A stretch of 64,000 bases of DNA from Longimicrobiales bacterium. GTDB lineage: Bacteria > Gemmatimonadota > Gemmatimonadetes > Longimicrobiales > Gaopeijiaceae. The notes beneath the pieces were generated by a model, which was not told the DNA's origin, ran no database searches, and was given only the letters and a program-made list of their open reading frames with translations. Of the stretch, positions 12,167 to 22,062 are shown in pieces. Made by a program: the position numbers and the translations under genes. Where the stretch lies: positions 384,001 to 448,000 of the forward strand of contig CAXXKM010000001.1 in NCBI GenBank assembly GCA_963664435.2, read 5' to 3'. How positions within the stretch are numbered: the first letter of the stretch is position 1; the number at the start of each line of letters is the position of its first letter.

Positions 12167-13681
12167 CTACAGAATATAGCGGCGCAGGTCCTCGTCCTCG
12201 GCGATCTCCTCCAGGTGCGTGCGCACGAACTCGCGGTCGACGATGAGCGGGCGCTCCATCTTCTCGCTGGGCAGCTCGAAGAGCACCTCCTCCAACAGCG
12301 TCGTCATCACGGTCTGCAGGCGCCGGGCGCCGATATTCTCCATCCGCTCGTTCAGGCGCGCCGCGATGCGCGCGATCTCCTCGACGCCGCCGGGGGTGAA
12401 CTCGGCCCGCGCGCCCTCGGTTTCGATGAGCGCCTGGTACTGCACCAGCAGGGCGTTTCTCGGCTCCTGCAGGATGCGCTTGAAGTGCCCTTCGTCGAGG
12501 CTGTGCAGCTCCACGCGGATGGGAAAGCGGCCCTGGAGCTCGGGAATCAGGTCGCTGGGCTTGGAGACGTGGAAGGCGCCGGCAGCGATGAAGAGAACGT
12601 GGTCGGTGCGCACCAGCCCGTACTTGGTCTGGACGTTACACCCCTCCACCACCGGCAGCAGGTCGCGCTGGACCCCTCCCCGGCTGACATCGGGGCCGTA
12701 CCCCCCGCGGTCGCCCGCGATCTTGTCGATCTCATCGAGGAAGATCATCCCCATGTCTTCCGCCCGGATCAGCGCCTCGTTCACGACCTCGTCCATGTCC
12801 ACGAGCCGGTCCAGTTCGTCCTGGATGAGAATGCGGCGCGCTTCCGCGACGGTGACGCTGCGGCGCTTGGTGCGCTTGGGCAGCATCTCCTGGAGCATCT
12901 CGGAGAAGTTGTACTCCATCCCTTCCATGCCGCCCATGGGCACCATCATGCCGTCGATGGCCGGAGCCTGGCTCACCTCCACCTCGACTTCGCGCTCCTC
13001 GAGTTCGCCGTCCCGCAGCAGGCTGCGGAGCTTCTCACGGGTGCGTTGCCGTCGCATGATCAGGCGCTCGTCCTCCTCGCTCAGCGGCTTGCCGGTGGCG
13101 TGCTCCTGTACGCCCTTGGGACCGGCCACGAAGACCTTGGGAACCCCGTCGGAGACCACCACGGGTCCCGCCGGCGGGGTGCGCCCATCCATCGGCGGAA
13201 GCAGAAGATCCAGGAGCTGTTCCTCGACCCGGCGCTCCGCCTCTTCCTGGACGCCGTCCTCCCGCTCGGCGCGCACCATGTTCACCGACGTGTCGACCAG
13301 GTCGCGGATCATCGACTCGACATCCCGCCCGACGTATCCCACTTCGGTGAACTTGGACGCCTCCACCTTGACGAAGGGCGCGCCCGTGAGCCGGGCCAGC
13401 CGGCGCGCGATCTCGGTCTTGCCGACGCCGGTGGTGCCCATGAGGATCAGATTGTTGGGCAGGATCTCGTCCCTCAGCTCGTCCTCGACGCGCTGCCGGC
13501 GCCAGCGGTTTCGCATCGCGATGGCGACGGCGCGCTTGGCCTCCTCCTGGCCCACGATGTACTTGTCCAGCTCGTTCACGATCTGGGCGGGCGTGAGCTG
13601 CTCGAGCCATTCGGGCCCCGTATCCGTCTGGGGCGCGGCTGCGGAAGGCGCCGCGGTTTCCGTCGTTGAAACAGCCATCAA
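12167..13681 (-). CDS. hslU: ATP-dependent protease ATPase subunit HslU
   Basis: GVGKTEIARR, KFTEVGYVGRDVESM, GVQRDLLP, ENIGARRL, C-terminal RYIL. Confidence 0.97.
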   Translation of the reverse strand: MMAVSTTETAAPSAAAPQTDTGPEWLEQLTPAQIVNELDKYIVGQEEAKRAVAIAMRNRWRRQRVEDELRDEILPNNLILMGTTGVGKTEIARRLARLTGAPFVKVEASKFTEVGYVGRDVESMIRDLVDTSVNMVRAEREDGVQEEAERRVEEQLLDLLLPPMDGRTPPAGPVVVSDGVPKVFVAGPKGVQEHATGKPLSEEDERLIMRRQRTREKLRSLLRDGELEEREVEVEVSQAPAIDGMMVPMGGMEGMEYNFSEMLQEMLPKRTKRRSVTVAEARRILIQDELDRLVDMDEVVNEALIRAEDMGMIFLDEIDKIAGDRGGYGPDVSRGGVQRDLLPVVEGCNVQTKYGLVRTDHVLFIAAGAFHVSKPSDLIPELQGRFPIRVELHSLDEGHFKRILQEPRNALLVQYQALIETEGARAEFTPGGVEEIARIAARLNERMENIGARRLQTVMTTLLEEVLFELPSEKMERPLIVDREFVRTHLEEIAEDEDLRRYIL

Positions 13682-13693
13682 TAACCTCTCGGA

Positions 13694-14239
13694 CTAGGAC
13701 CCCAGGTCCAGAACCGTAATCTCTTCGTTGCTGTAGACGCAGATTTCGCCAGCGATCGCCAGGCTGGCGCGCACGACCTCGGAAGCGGAGAGCGAGGAAT
13801 GGGCCCGGAGTGCGCGAGCCGCGGCGAGGGCATAGGCGCCTCCCGAACCGATCGCCACAACCTCGTCGTCGGGTTCGATGACGTTGCCGTCCCCTCCGAT
13901 CAGGAACAGGTGTTCGGCGTCGGCCACCACGAGCAGGGCATCCAGACGGCGCAACGCGCGATCCGTCCGCCAGTCCTTCGCCATCTCGACGCACGCGCGC
14001 GTCAGGTTGGAGGGGAATTGCTCCAGCTTGGCCTCCAGCGTCTCGAAGAGCGTGAAGGCGTCCGCCACCGCCCCCGCGAACCCCGCGAGGAAGCGCCCGT
14101 CCTTGAGCGTGCGAACCTTCCGGGCCGCGGTCTTTACGATGGTGTCCCCCATCGTTACCTGGCCGTCGGCCCCCATGGCGACCTGACCCTCCTTGCGGAC
14201 GGCGAGCACGGTGGTGGCGTGGAAACTCTGCGTGGGCAT
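13694..14239 (-). CDS. hslV: ATP-dependent protease subunit HslV
   Basis: HATTVLAV (catalytic Thr), [20 protein letters not shown]. Confidence 0.96.
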   Translation of the reverse strand: MPTQSFHATTVLAVRKEGQVAMGADGQVTMGDTIVKTAARKVRTLKDGRFLAGFAGAVADAFTLFETLEAKLEQFPSNLTRACVEMAKDWRTDRALRRLDALLVVADAEHLFLIGGDGNVIEPDDEVVAIGSGGAYALAAARALRAHSSLSASEVVRASLAIAGEICVYSNEEITVLDLGS

Positions 14240-14309
14240 GTGTTCTCGATCCGGGTGAAGGCGGGCCATCGCGCGTGGCCTCGCATGCGCATGGCGGGCG
14301 AGGGAAAGA

Positions 14310-14325
14310 TGCATCCAGTGATGCA
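14310..14325. promoter_or_regulatory. Palindromic operator candidate upstream of hslV
   Basis: TGCATC-CAGT-GATGCA in an AT-richer intergenic patch. Confidence 0.4.
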
Positions 14326-14431
14326 AAGAGTACACCCGGAGGGCGGGCGCCGTGCGGTCGATGGCGTGCCGGGATCCTCGCGGCGGGGCTTCGGTCGAGT
14401 CTGCGGCCTCGGCCGTCCCGGTCCCGACGGG

Positions 14432-15349
14432 TCAGGCGCGCGGGTGCGCGCCGCCGTAGATGCGCTTGAGTCGTTCCTTGGATGTGTGCGTGTAGATCTG
14501 CGTCGTGGAAAGCGAGATGTGGCCCAGCAGCTCCTTGACCGACACCAGATCGGCGCCGGAGTCGATGAGGTGGGTCGCGAAGCTGTGCCGCAGCGAGTGA
14601 ACCGAAAGCCCCTCCGCTTCCGCTCCCCGTTCCAGCGCATTGCGTACGACGTACTGGATGGAGCGGCGCGAGAGGCGGCGGCCGTGGCGGCTCACGATGG
14701 CGGCGCGGCGGTCGCCCTCGTTCAGCGACACCACGCGTTCCCGATGCGGCTCGTAGCGCCTGAGCGCCCGCACCGCAGCCCCTGTCAGCGGCACGATGCG
14801 TTCCTTTCGCCCCTTCCCCATCACGCGCACGCGGTCCGAAATCAGGTCGATGCGGTCGCGGTCGAGCCCGTGGAGTTCGGCCAGGCGCACCCCGCTGCCG
14901 TACAGGATCTCGAGAATCGCCAGGTTCCGGGTGCCGAGAAAGGTGTTCTCGGCGGCGCGCGCCTCCGCGACGCGGAAGACGGCCCGTGCGTCGGCGTGCG
15001 ACAGATGTCCGGGAAGTGGCTTGTCGGCGCGGGGCGTGCGGAGCGCGCGCGCGGGGTTGCTCTCGATGTGCCCTTCCAGGTGCAGGAAGCGAAACAGGGA
15101 GCGGAGGGCCGAGAGCTTCCGCGCCGAGGTGCGCCGGGAGAGCCTGCGCCGGCGGCAGTGTCCCAGAAAGCCCCGAAGGGCGAGCCGGTCGACGTCGGCC
15201 CAGCTCCAGCCGGCATGCTCGGTGTAGTCCGCGAAGAAGCGCTCGAAGTCGCGAATGTCGCGCCGGTATCCAGAGACCGTGTTCGGGGAGAGCTGCCGTT
15301 CGTCGGCGAGCGAACGCAGGAACTCGCCGGCTTCGGGACTGACGCTCAC
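14432..15349 (-). CDS. xerC: Tyrosine recombinase XerC
   Basis: GVRLAEL, GKGRKER, HSLRHSFATH, LLGH, TTQIYTH; topA-xerC-hslVU synteny. Confidence 0.93.
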   Translation of the reverse strand: MSVSPEAGEFLRSLADERQLSPNTVSGYRRDIRDFERFFADYTEHAGWSWADVDRLALRGFLGHCRRRRLSRRTSARKLSALRSLFRFLHLEGHIESNPARALRTPRADKPLPGHLSHADARAVFRVAEARAAENTFLGTRNLAILEILYGSGVRLAELHGLDRDRIDLISDRVRVMGKGRKERIVPLTGAAVRALRRYEPHRERVVSLNEGDRRAAIVSRHGRRLSRRSIQYVVRNALERGAEAEGLSVHSLRHSFATHLIDSGADLVSVKELLGHISLSTTQIYTHTSKERLKRIYGGAHPRA

Positions 15350-15365
15350 GCGGCCCTGCGGTCCG

Positions 15366-18032
15366 TCATCGCCGCTTGCGGGTCCGGGGGGCGCGGGTGC
15401 TGCGGACCCCCTTGCGCGCGGCCTTGCGCGCGGCGGCCCGGGCCAGCAGCTCGAGCGCCTCGTCCGCTCCGAGGGACTCGGGATCCCTGCCCCTGGGGAT
15501 GCCGGCGTTCACCTTGCCATCGGTGACATAGGGCCCGTAGCGCCCCTTGTAGACGTTCAGGGGTTCGCCCGTCTCGGGGTGCCGGCCTGCGACGGCGAGC
15601 ACGGTCTTGCCGGGCCTGGTGCTCATGAGTGGGAGCGCCTCCTCCAGCGTGATGTCGAACGCCCGCTCGACCGACTCGAGGTTGCGATAGGTCTTTGCGC
15701 GCCTGACGTATGGCCCGTACTTGCCCAATCCGGCCTCCACGGGCTGCCCCGTGCCGGGGTCCTTGCCCAGTGCGCGCGGCAGCGACAGCAGTCGGAGGGC
15801 GAAAGCCAGAGCGACCTGGTCCGGTGACCTGCCCTTCGGAAGGCTGACCCGCTTGGGCTTGGGCTTGGCATCGTCTTCGCCCAGCTGAACGTAGGGGCCG
15901 AATGGGCCGGTGCGGACGTAGACGTTGAGACCCGTCTCCGGGTCGCGGCCGAGAGGTGCTCTTCCGCGCAGTCCCGATTCGATCAGCTTCGATGCCGTTT
16001 CGGGGGTCAACTCGTCGATCAGGAGGTCGACCGGGAGCGCAGCCTTCGGACTGCCCTTTTCCACGCCGCGCTGAATGAAGATGTGCTGCTTGCCGATGCG
16101 CACGAAGAGGGGATCGCCGGTGGCCGGATCATCGCCCAGCGGAAGTGCCGGATACTCGATGCGCGGCAGCTCTTCCTCGATGCGCCTCTCCAGCCCGGGC
16201 GCGTCGCTGCCGTCGCCGCGGAAGAAGTCGGAGAGAAAACGGACGTGATTCACCGACCCGCGGGCGATCCGGTCGAGCGCATCCTCCATCCCCGCCGTGA
16301 ACTTGAGGTCGACGTAGTGCGGGAAGTGATCGCGCAGCAGTTGCGTGACGCAGAGACCCACAAAGGTGGGCACCAGGACGCCCTTCTTGCGGATCGCGTA
16401 TCCGCGCGCGAGGAGCTTGGCGAGGGTGGGCTCATAGGTGGACGGCCGTCCGATGCCCTCCTCCTCGAGCTTGCGCACCAGCCCGGACTCGGAGAAGCGC
16501 GAGCGCGGCTGGGTCTGCTTGCCGAGAGGTTCGACTTCGGTGATGTCGACCCTCCGGTGAGCGCCGTCCCCGGTGGGGTTCGACTGCAGGGCGCCCTCGC
16601 CGCCGCCGACCATCTGGCCTTCCACCAGGCGCGGGAGGATGACGTCCTTGCGACTCGCTCCCCATACCCGCAGGAACCCGTCGAAACGCACCACCGAGCC
16701 GGTCGACCGGAAGATGTGTTCGTGCTCGCCGACATCCACCTCGAACTCGACGGTGGTGCCGGCGATGCGGGCATCGGCCATTTGCGAGGCTACGGCGCGG
16801 CGCCAGATGAGCGCATACAGCTTGAGCTGGTTTGCATTCAGAACACCGCGGAGCGATTCGGGAGTCCGGCCGATCACGGTCGGGCGAATGGCCTCGTGGG
16901 CCTCCTGCGCGTTGCGGGACCGGGTCGCGTAGGTACGCGCGCCCTGGTGATACTCGTCCCCGTAGCGCCCGCGGATGAAGCGGGCCGCGTCCGCGAGCGC
17001 CTTCCGGCTGAGGCTCACGGAGTCGGTGCGCATGTAGGTGATCAGCCCCTGGCGGTCGCCGCCGCCCAGATCGATCCCCTCGTACAGCTGCTGGGCCAAT
17101 TGCATCGTGCGCTTGGGGGTCGAACTTGCCGCCTGCTGCAGGGTGGAGGTGGTGAAGGGTGGGGCCGGGCGCCGCTTTTTCTCCTTTTCCTCAACCCGGG
17201 CGACCCGCCAGGGACGGGTCTCCATCGCCTCCCGGGCGACGCGGCCGGCGGCATCGCCGTCCAGCACCACCACGTTTCCGGAGCGTCGCAGCGCCCCGGT
17301 CCTGGCGTCGAAGCTCTTTGCGGTGGCCACGGCCTTGCCGCCGGTCCGGATCAGGTCGGCGGTGAAACCGGCGGTGTCCCCGCTCCGGGCGCCGGGCGAG
17401 TCCTCCGCGAGCGTCGCCCGCACGGCCCAGTATTCGGAGGAGTTGAACGCCTGACGCTCCTCCTCCCTCTCCACCATGAGCCGCAAAGCGGCGCTCTGAA
17501 CGCGGCCGGCGCTCAGACCGGCGCGCACCTTCCTCCAGAGCACCGGCGAGAGCGAGTAGCCGAACAGGCGATCGAGGACGCGGCGGGTCTCCTGTGCGCG
17601 GACCAGCTGTCCGTCCACCTGCCTCGGCTCCGCAAGAGCGGCCTTGATGGCGCTCGAGGTGATCTCGTGAAATGCGATGCGTTGAACCGGCACCCGCGGC
17701 TTGAGCTCCTCGAGCAGGTGCCAGCTGATGGACTCTCCCTCGCGGTCCTCGTCGGTGGCGAGGATGAGTTCTTCCGCGTCCCTGACCTTCTTCCGCAGTG
17801 CGGCGATGTGCTTTCTCGACTCGGAGGGGACGACGTAGACCGGTTCGAAGTTGCCTTCGATATCGACGCCCAGCCGCGCCCATGGCTTCGAGCGCAGGTG
17901 CGCCGGGACTTCCTTGGCCGAGCGAGGCAGGTCGCGGATATGCCCGACACTGGCCGCGACCTCGTAGTCCCGGCCCAGAAAGCGTTTGATGGTGTCGGCC
18001 TTGGCGGGAGACTCGACGATGACGAGTTTCAT
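15366..18032 (-). CDS. topA: DNA topoisomerase I with C-terminal repeats
   Basis: IVESPAK, ATDEDREGE, SAGRVQS, ITYMRTDS, GIGRPSTY, repeated GxFGPYV motifs. Confidence 0.97.
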   Translation of the reverse strand: MKLVIVESPAKADTIKRFLGRDYEVAASVGHIRDLPRSAKEVPAHLRSKPWARLGVDIEGNFEPVYVVPSESRKHIAALRKKVRDAEELILATDEDREGESISWHLLEELKPRVPVQRIAFHEITSSAIKAALAEPRQVDGQLVRAQETRRVLDRLFGYSLSPVLWRKVRAGLSAGRVQSAALRLMVEREEERQAFNSSEYWAVRATLAEDSPGARSGDTAGFTADLIRTGGKAVATAKSFDARTGALRRSGNVVVLDGDAAGRVAREAMETRPWRVARVEEKEKKRRPAPPFTTSTLQQAASSTPKRTMQLAQQLYEGIDLGGGDRQGLITYMRTDSVSLSRKALADAARFIRGRYGDEYHQGARTYATRSRNAQEAHEAIRPTVIGRTPESLRGVLNANQLKLYALIWRRAVASQMADARIAGTTVEFEVDVGEHEHIFRSTGSVVRFDGFLRVWGASRKDVILPRLVEGQMVGGGEGALQSNPTGDGAHRRVDITEVEPLGKQTQPRSRFSESGLVRKLEEEGIGRPSTYEPTLAKLLARGYAIRKKGVLVPTFVGLCVTQLLRDHFPHYVDLKFTAGMEDALDRIARGSVNHVRFLSDFFRGDGSDAPGLERRIEEELPRIEYPALPLGDDPATGDPLFVRIGKQHIFIQRGVEKGSPKAALPVDLLIDELTPETASKLIESGLRGRAPLGRDPETGLNVYVRTGPFGPYVQLGEDDAKPKPKRVSLPKGRSPDQVALAFALRLLSLPRALGKDPGTGQPVEAGLGKYGPYVRRAKTYRNLESVERAFDITLEEALPLMSTRPGKTVLAVAGRHPETGEPLNVYKGRYGPYVTDGKVNAGIPRGRDPESLGADEALELLARAAARKAARKGVRSTRAPRTRKRR

Positions 18033-18619
18033 GGCGAGTGAGCTGTCGCTGGGCTGGAAGTGGGCGGTTCGACGGCTTGGCGCGCGAGGCGAGCGATCCG
18101 ACTCGCTAGTGCGGATACGGAATACTCCTCGGCGTCCAGTGTCAACCGGGCGAGACGGTAGTACGACTCGCGTCGGGCAAGCAAGCGCCGGGCGCGCTCG
18201 ACCGGTCGGGCGACGTTCAGAAGAGGTCGTTCGCCCTCCTGCGCCCGGTCCCGCGCCACCGCCGTCTCCGCGGTGACTTTGAGCCAGACGGAGAGGGTGT
18301 CGGCGGCCAGCTCCTCCATGTGGCCGGGCTGGGCCGCCCAGCCGCCCCCCGGCACGAGGACGGTCCGGTCGCGGAGGAGGAAGCGGCGCGCCGCCCGCGC
18401 CTCGATCGCCCTGAACCCTGCTTCGCCGGACCGTTCGAAGATGGCCGGGATTTCCTGTCCGGTCTCGCGGCGGATTTCGTCGTCCAGATCGACGAAGCGC
18501 CAGCCGAGCAGCTGCGCCACTTCGCGACCGACGGCCGACTTCCCGCTGGCCATGAAGCCGACCAGGAGGATCCGTGAAGGCGGGGGCGGGGCACCTTCGC
18601 CGCCGGCCGGGTCAATCAT
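18029..18619 (-). CDS. aroK: Shikimate kinase
   Basis: GFMASGKS, DLD, GEAGFRAIE, GGG, RPLL. Confidence 0.92.
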   Translation of the reverse strand: MIDPAGGEGAPPPPSRILLVGFMASGKSAVGREVAQLLGWRFVDLDDEIRRETGQEIPAIFERSGEAGFRAIEARAARRFLLRDRTVLVPGGGWAAQPGHMEELAADTLSVWLKVTAETAVARDRAQEGERPLLNVARPVERARRLLARRESYYRLARLTLDAEEYSVSALASRIARLARQAVEPPTSSPATAHSP

Positions 18620-19820
18620 GATGTCGGCGGCGCTCGCGCAGGTAGGCGGTGTAGCTCTCGTAGTTCCGGCGCATCTCGGAGAGGCTGTCACCCCCGAACT
18701 TCTCGATGAGGGCGTCGGCCACCACGAGCGCGGCCATGGCCTCTCCCACCACGGCGGCGGCGGGCACGGAGCAGACGTCGCTCCGCTCCACGGCGGCATC
18801 GGCCGTCGAACCGTCCCGCAGGTCCACGCTGGGCAGCCGCTTGCGCAGTGTCGAGATCGGCTTCATGGCCGCGCGGATGACCAGCGGCTCCCCGGTGGTG
18901 ACGCCGCCCTCGAGGCCACCGGCACGGTTGGAGGGGCGTGCGTATCCGCTCGGGGGCCGGTCGCCCGGGGCGGGGTGGATGGGATCGTGGACGCGCGACC
19001 CCGGCCGTCGGGCACCCTCGAACCCGAGGCCCAGTTCGACCCCCTTGATGGCGTGAATCGACATCATCGCGCCGGCGAGGCGGCCGTCCAGCTTGGTGTC
19101 CCAGGAAATGTAGCTCCCCAGCCCCACCGGTACGTGCCGGACCACCACATCGAATATGCCTCCGAGCGTATCTCCCTCCTCCTTCGCCCGGTCTATGGAC
19201 GCCATGATGCGGACCGCCGCATCCGGATCCAGCGTGCGTACGGGCGAGGCGTCCGCCTCGGCGTTGAGGTCGTCCGGAAGCTCGTCCGGAAGAGTGGTCT
19301 CGATATCCCCGATCGAGATCACGTGCGATCCCACCGTGATCCCGAACTCCCGCAGCAGGGTCTTGGCGACGGCGCCGCACGCCACCCGGGCGGCAGTCTC
19401 GCGGGCGCTGGCCCGCTCGAGAATGTCGCGGGTGTCCTGCCGGTCATACTTGAGCACGCCGACCAGATCGGCGTGTCCCGGCCGCGGCAGATGCATGCGA
19501 CGCAGTGCCTTGGGGTTGCCTTCCGGATCCGGGGGAGCATGGCTCATCGCCGTCGTCCAGTTCTTCCAGTCGCGGTTCCAGAGCAGCATTCCGATGGGCG
19601 AGCCCAGCGTCTCCCCGAGACGCACGCCCGAGATCAGCTCGATGCGGTCGGCCTCGATCTGCATGCGGCGGCCACGGCCGTATCCAGCCATCCGGCGCTT
19701 CATATCCGGATCGACATCGCACTCCGTCGAGAGTGGCAGTCCGGCCGGCAATCCTTCCAGAATCGCCAGCAGGCCCCGCCCATGGGACTCGCCTGCCGTC
19801 CGAAAACTGATTCGCCTCAT
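18612..19820 (-). CDS. aroC: Chorismate synthase
   Basis: TAGESHG, RPGHAD, ERASARETA, GGLEGG, MKPIST, ERSD. Confidence 0.97.
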   Translation of the reverse strand: MRRISFRTAGESHGRGLLAILEGLPAGLPLSTECDVDPDMKRRMAGYGRGRRMQIEADRIELISGVRLGETLGSPIGMLLWNRDWKNWTTAMSHAPPDPEGNPKALRRMHLPRPGHADLVGVLKYDRQDTRDILERASARETAARVACGAVAKTLLREFGITVGSHVISIGDIETTLPDELPDDLNAEADASPVRTLDPDAAVRIMASIDRAKEEGDTLGGIFDVVVRHVPVGLGSYISWDTKLDGRLAGAMMSIHAIKGVELGLGFEGARRPGSRVHDPIHPAPGDRPPSGYARPSNRAGGLEGGVTTGEPLVIRAAMKPISTLRKRLPSVDLRDGSTADAAVERSDVCSVPAAAVVGEAMAALVVADALIEKFGGDSLSEMRRNYESYTAYLRERRRHHD

Positions 19821-20113
19821 GTGGTTGAATCTCCCGGAGAGAGGGTTGGCGGAGTCATAGCCAACCGTCCCTCGGGCGTCAACCCGCGGCGCATGCCGGA
19901 ATTCGGAGGAACCCGCGCCCGCGGGCCCCGGCGATCCTGCGTACCCGGACCTTCGGCGCCCGCGCGAACGGCGGCGGCCGCCAGGCCCGGTCGGGGTGCG
20001 CTCGCGCGGATTCATCGACGGCCGGCGCGAAACCCCTCCCGCCGGCCAGGAGGAAGAGAGCAAGCCGGCCAGGAGTAGCAGGGCAAGCCGCTCGTCATCC
20101 CGATCCCGGACGG

Positions 20114-21571
20114 CTACGGTTCGATGTACGGCGTCACCAGGATGACCAGATCGCGCTGGATTCTCTGCCTGCGGTCGACCCGGAAGAGCGCGCCCAGCAC
20201 AGGGATCCTCATCAACAGGGGGATCCCCGAGCGGCTCTCGATCTCCTCTGTCACCGTCAGCCCGCCGATGACGACCGTCTCGCTGTCCCGGACCAGCACC
20301 CGGGAAGCCGCTTCCTGGGTATGGAAGACGACACCGGCATCGGCTGCGGCCGGGGTGAATTCCGCAAAGGAGCGTTCCGCGTGGAGGTCGAGCAGGACGT
20401 TGCCCCCCTCGGTAACGTGCGGGGTCACCTCGAAGACGATGCCCGTCTCCTGAATCTCCACGGCGGCCGTGGGCACCACAGGCGACTGGACCCCGCCGCC
20501 GCCGCCGCCGCCCGCATCCAATACCCTGATGGGCGTGCGCTCCCCCACCAGGATGCGGGCTGTCTGGTTGTCCAGCACGGAGATGTAGGGGGCCGCCTCC
20601 ATGCGCGACAGGTTGAGCGTCTCCAGCGCGTCCAGGAAGGCGAGCAGCGTGTGTCGTCCCAGGAGCAGCGAGGTCAGCACCGAGAGCGCGGAGCCCGAGA
20701 TGCGGCTTCCCGCATTGCCGAGGGCGGAGATGGAGTTCCCGTCCAGCAACACCACGTCCTCGTTGACCGATTCCCCGGATGCGCTACTCCCGGAAGCCTC
20801 TCCACCCGTCCCCTGTGCGTCTTCGCCGGGATCGGGTGCGCCGGGTGGGAGAAAAAGCTGCTGGCCGCGGGAGTCGCGCAGATCATAGCCGACCCCGAGT
20901 TCCTCCAACCCGGTCCGGTTCACGAAGACGATCCGGGCGGAAATGGTGATCTGCGGAGCGCGGATGTCGAGTTCCCGGACGAGCGCGTCGACCTGAGTCA
21001 GCACTCTCGAGACATCCATCACGATGACGCTGTTGGTGGCCAGCGAGAGAGATGCGCTGCCCCGGTCGCTCAGGAGCGACTGCACGGAGGGCAGCACGTC
21101 GGCGGCGGTTGCGTAGCTCATGTGAAACACCCGGGTTTCCAGGGGCTCCACGCCTTCGCGCCGACTCAGGTTCTCGATGTCGTCCACCCGGAGAATGCCG
21201 CTCTCCAGTTCGCGCGCGGCCAGCCCGTGCGAATCGAGGATGACGCGGAGGGCTTCGTCCCAGGGCTGGTCCCGTATGTCGGCCGACACGATGCCGGTTA
21301 CGTCGGCTCCGGGAACGATGGAAATGTCCGCGAACTCCGAGAATGTGAAGAGCACATCCCGGAGCGGAGCCGCGACGAAGGTGGCGGTGATGCGCGGTTC
21401 CGCGGGAGGCGGCTGGGCAACCTGCGCTGCGAGCATGGCGGGGGCGGCCACGTCCGCGGAATGGACACCCTCCCACGAACTGGGCGCAGCGGCGTACGCC
21501 GCGCCGTGAAGGGGAGGTACATCCACCCAGTGGAACCACAGACTCATCCATGCAACCAGCATCCGTCTCAT
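20114..21571 (-). CDS. pilQ: Type IV pilus secretin (PilQ-like, short)
   Basis: STN-like DQPWDEAL, N domain, C-terminal secretin (ETVVIGGL, GIPLLMRIPVLGALF, LVILVTP). Confidence 0.88.
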   Translation of the reverse strand: MRRMLVAWMSLWFHWVDVPPLHGAAYAAAPSSWEGVHSADVAAPAMLAAQVAQPPPAEPRITATFVAAPLRDVLFTFSEFADISIVPGADVTGIVSADIRDQPWDEALRVILDSHGLAARELESGILRVDDIENLSRREGVEPLETRVFHMSYATAADVLPSVQSLLSDRGSASLSLATNSVIVMDVSRVLTQVDALVRELDIRAPQITISARIVFVNRTGLEELGVGYDLRDSRGQQLFLPPGAPDPGEDAQGTGGEASGSSASGESVNEDVVLLDGNSISALGNAGSRISGSALSVLTSLLLGRHTLLAFLDALETLNLSRMEAAPYISVLDNQTARILVGERTPIRVLDAGGGGGGGVQSPVVPTAAVEIQETGIVFEVTPHVTEGGNVLLDLHAERSFAEFTPAAADAGVVFHTQEAASRVLVRDSETVVIGGLTVTEEIESRSGIPLLMRIPVLGALFRVDRRQRIQRDLVILVTPYIEP

Positions 21572-22062
21572 CGCCCCTCTCTCCCTCGTTGTCGATTCAG
21601 GCGCAACCCGCGTCGCTCACCAACCCCGAATCGCGTGATCTCGAAGATCACGCGCTCCTGCTCGACCCGGAGGACTTTCATGTCGCCGAAAACCACATCC
21701 TGTCGAAGGCGAAACGTGCGTTCACCGGTGCCGGCCGAGGCCGCCGGGGTCGCTGTCCTCGAACTGACCAGAGCGACGCTCTCGCGTGGGTCGGGGGAAT
21801 GGATGACGCCGACAAGCCGTAGCTCCTCGAACCGGATTCCCGCCGAGTCGCCGGGCAGAAGCCGCTCAAACGGGTCGCGCCGAGCGCCTCCCGGGTAGAC
21901 GAAGACCTCCCGGACAAGACTCGGTTCGCCAACATCGGTTCCAGACGCCGCGGGGACGCCTTCCGAATCGGGCAACGTCGGAGGTCGAGTCTGTCCGATG
22001 ACTGCCCGAGGTGCCAGCGCTGCGGCCACGAGAACAGGCACGAGGATCAGTACTGCGTTCAT
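21568..22062 (-). CDS. PilP-like pilus assembly protein
   Basis: RRDPF motif, LRLVGVI; position between pilO and pilQ with coupled overlaps. Confidence 0.7.
   Translation of the reverse strand: MNAVLILVPVLVAAALAPRAVIGQTRPPTLPDSEGVPAASGTDVGEPSLVREVFVYPGGARRDPFERLLPGDSAGIRFEELRLVGVIHSPDPRESVALVSSRTATPAASAGTGERTFRLRQDVVFGDMKVLRVEQERVIFEITRFGVGERRGLRLNRQRGREGR

Noticed and set aside
14322..14338. Sigma-54 promoter (GG-N10-GC) upstream of hslV
   Set aside because: The -24 region does not match TGGCAC.
14432..15349. Tyrosine recombinase as a mobile-element integrase
   Set aside because: Length and topA-xerC-hslVU context fit housekeeping XerC; no att sites or cargo.
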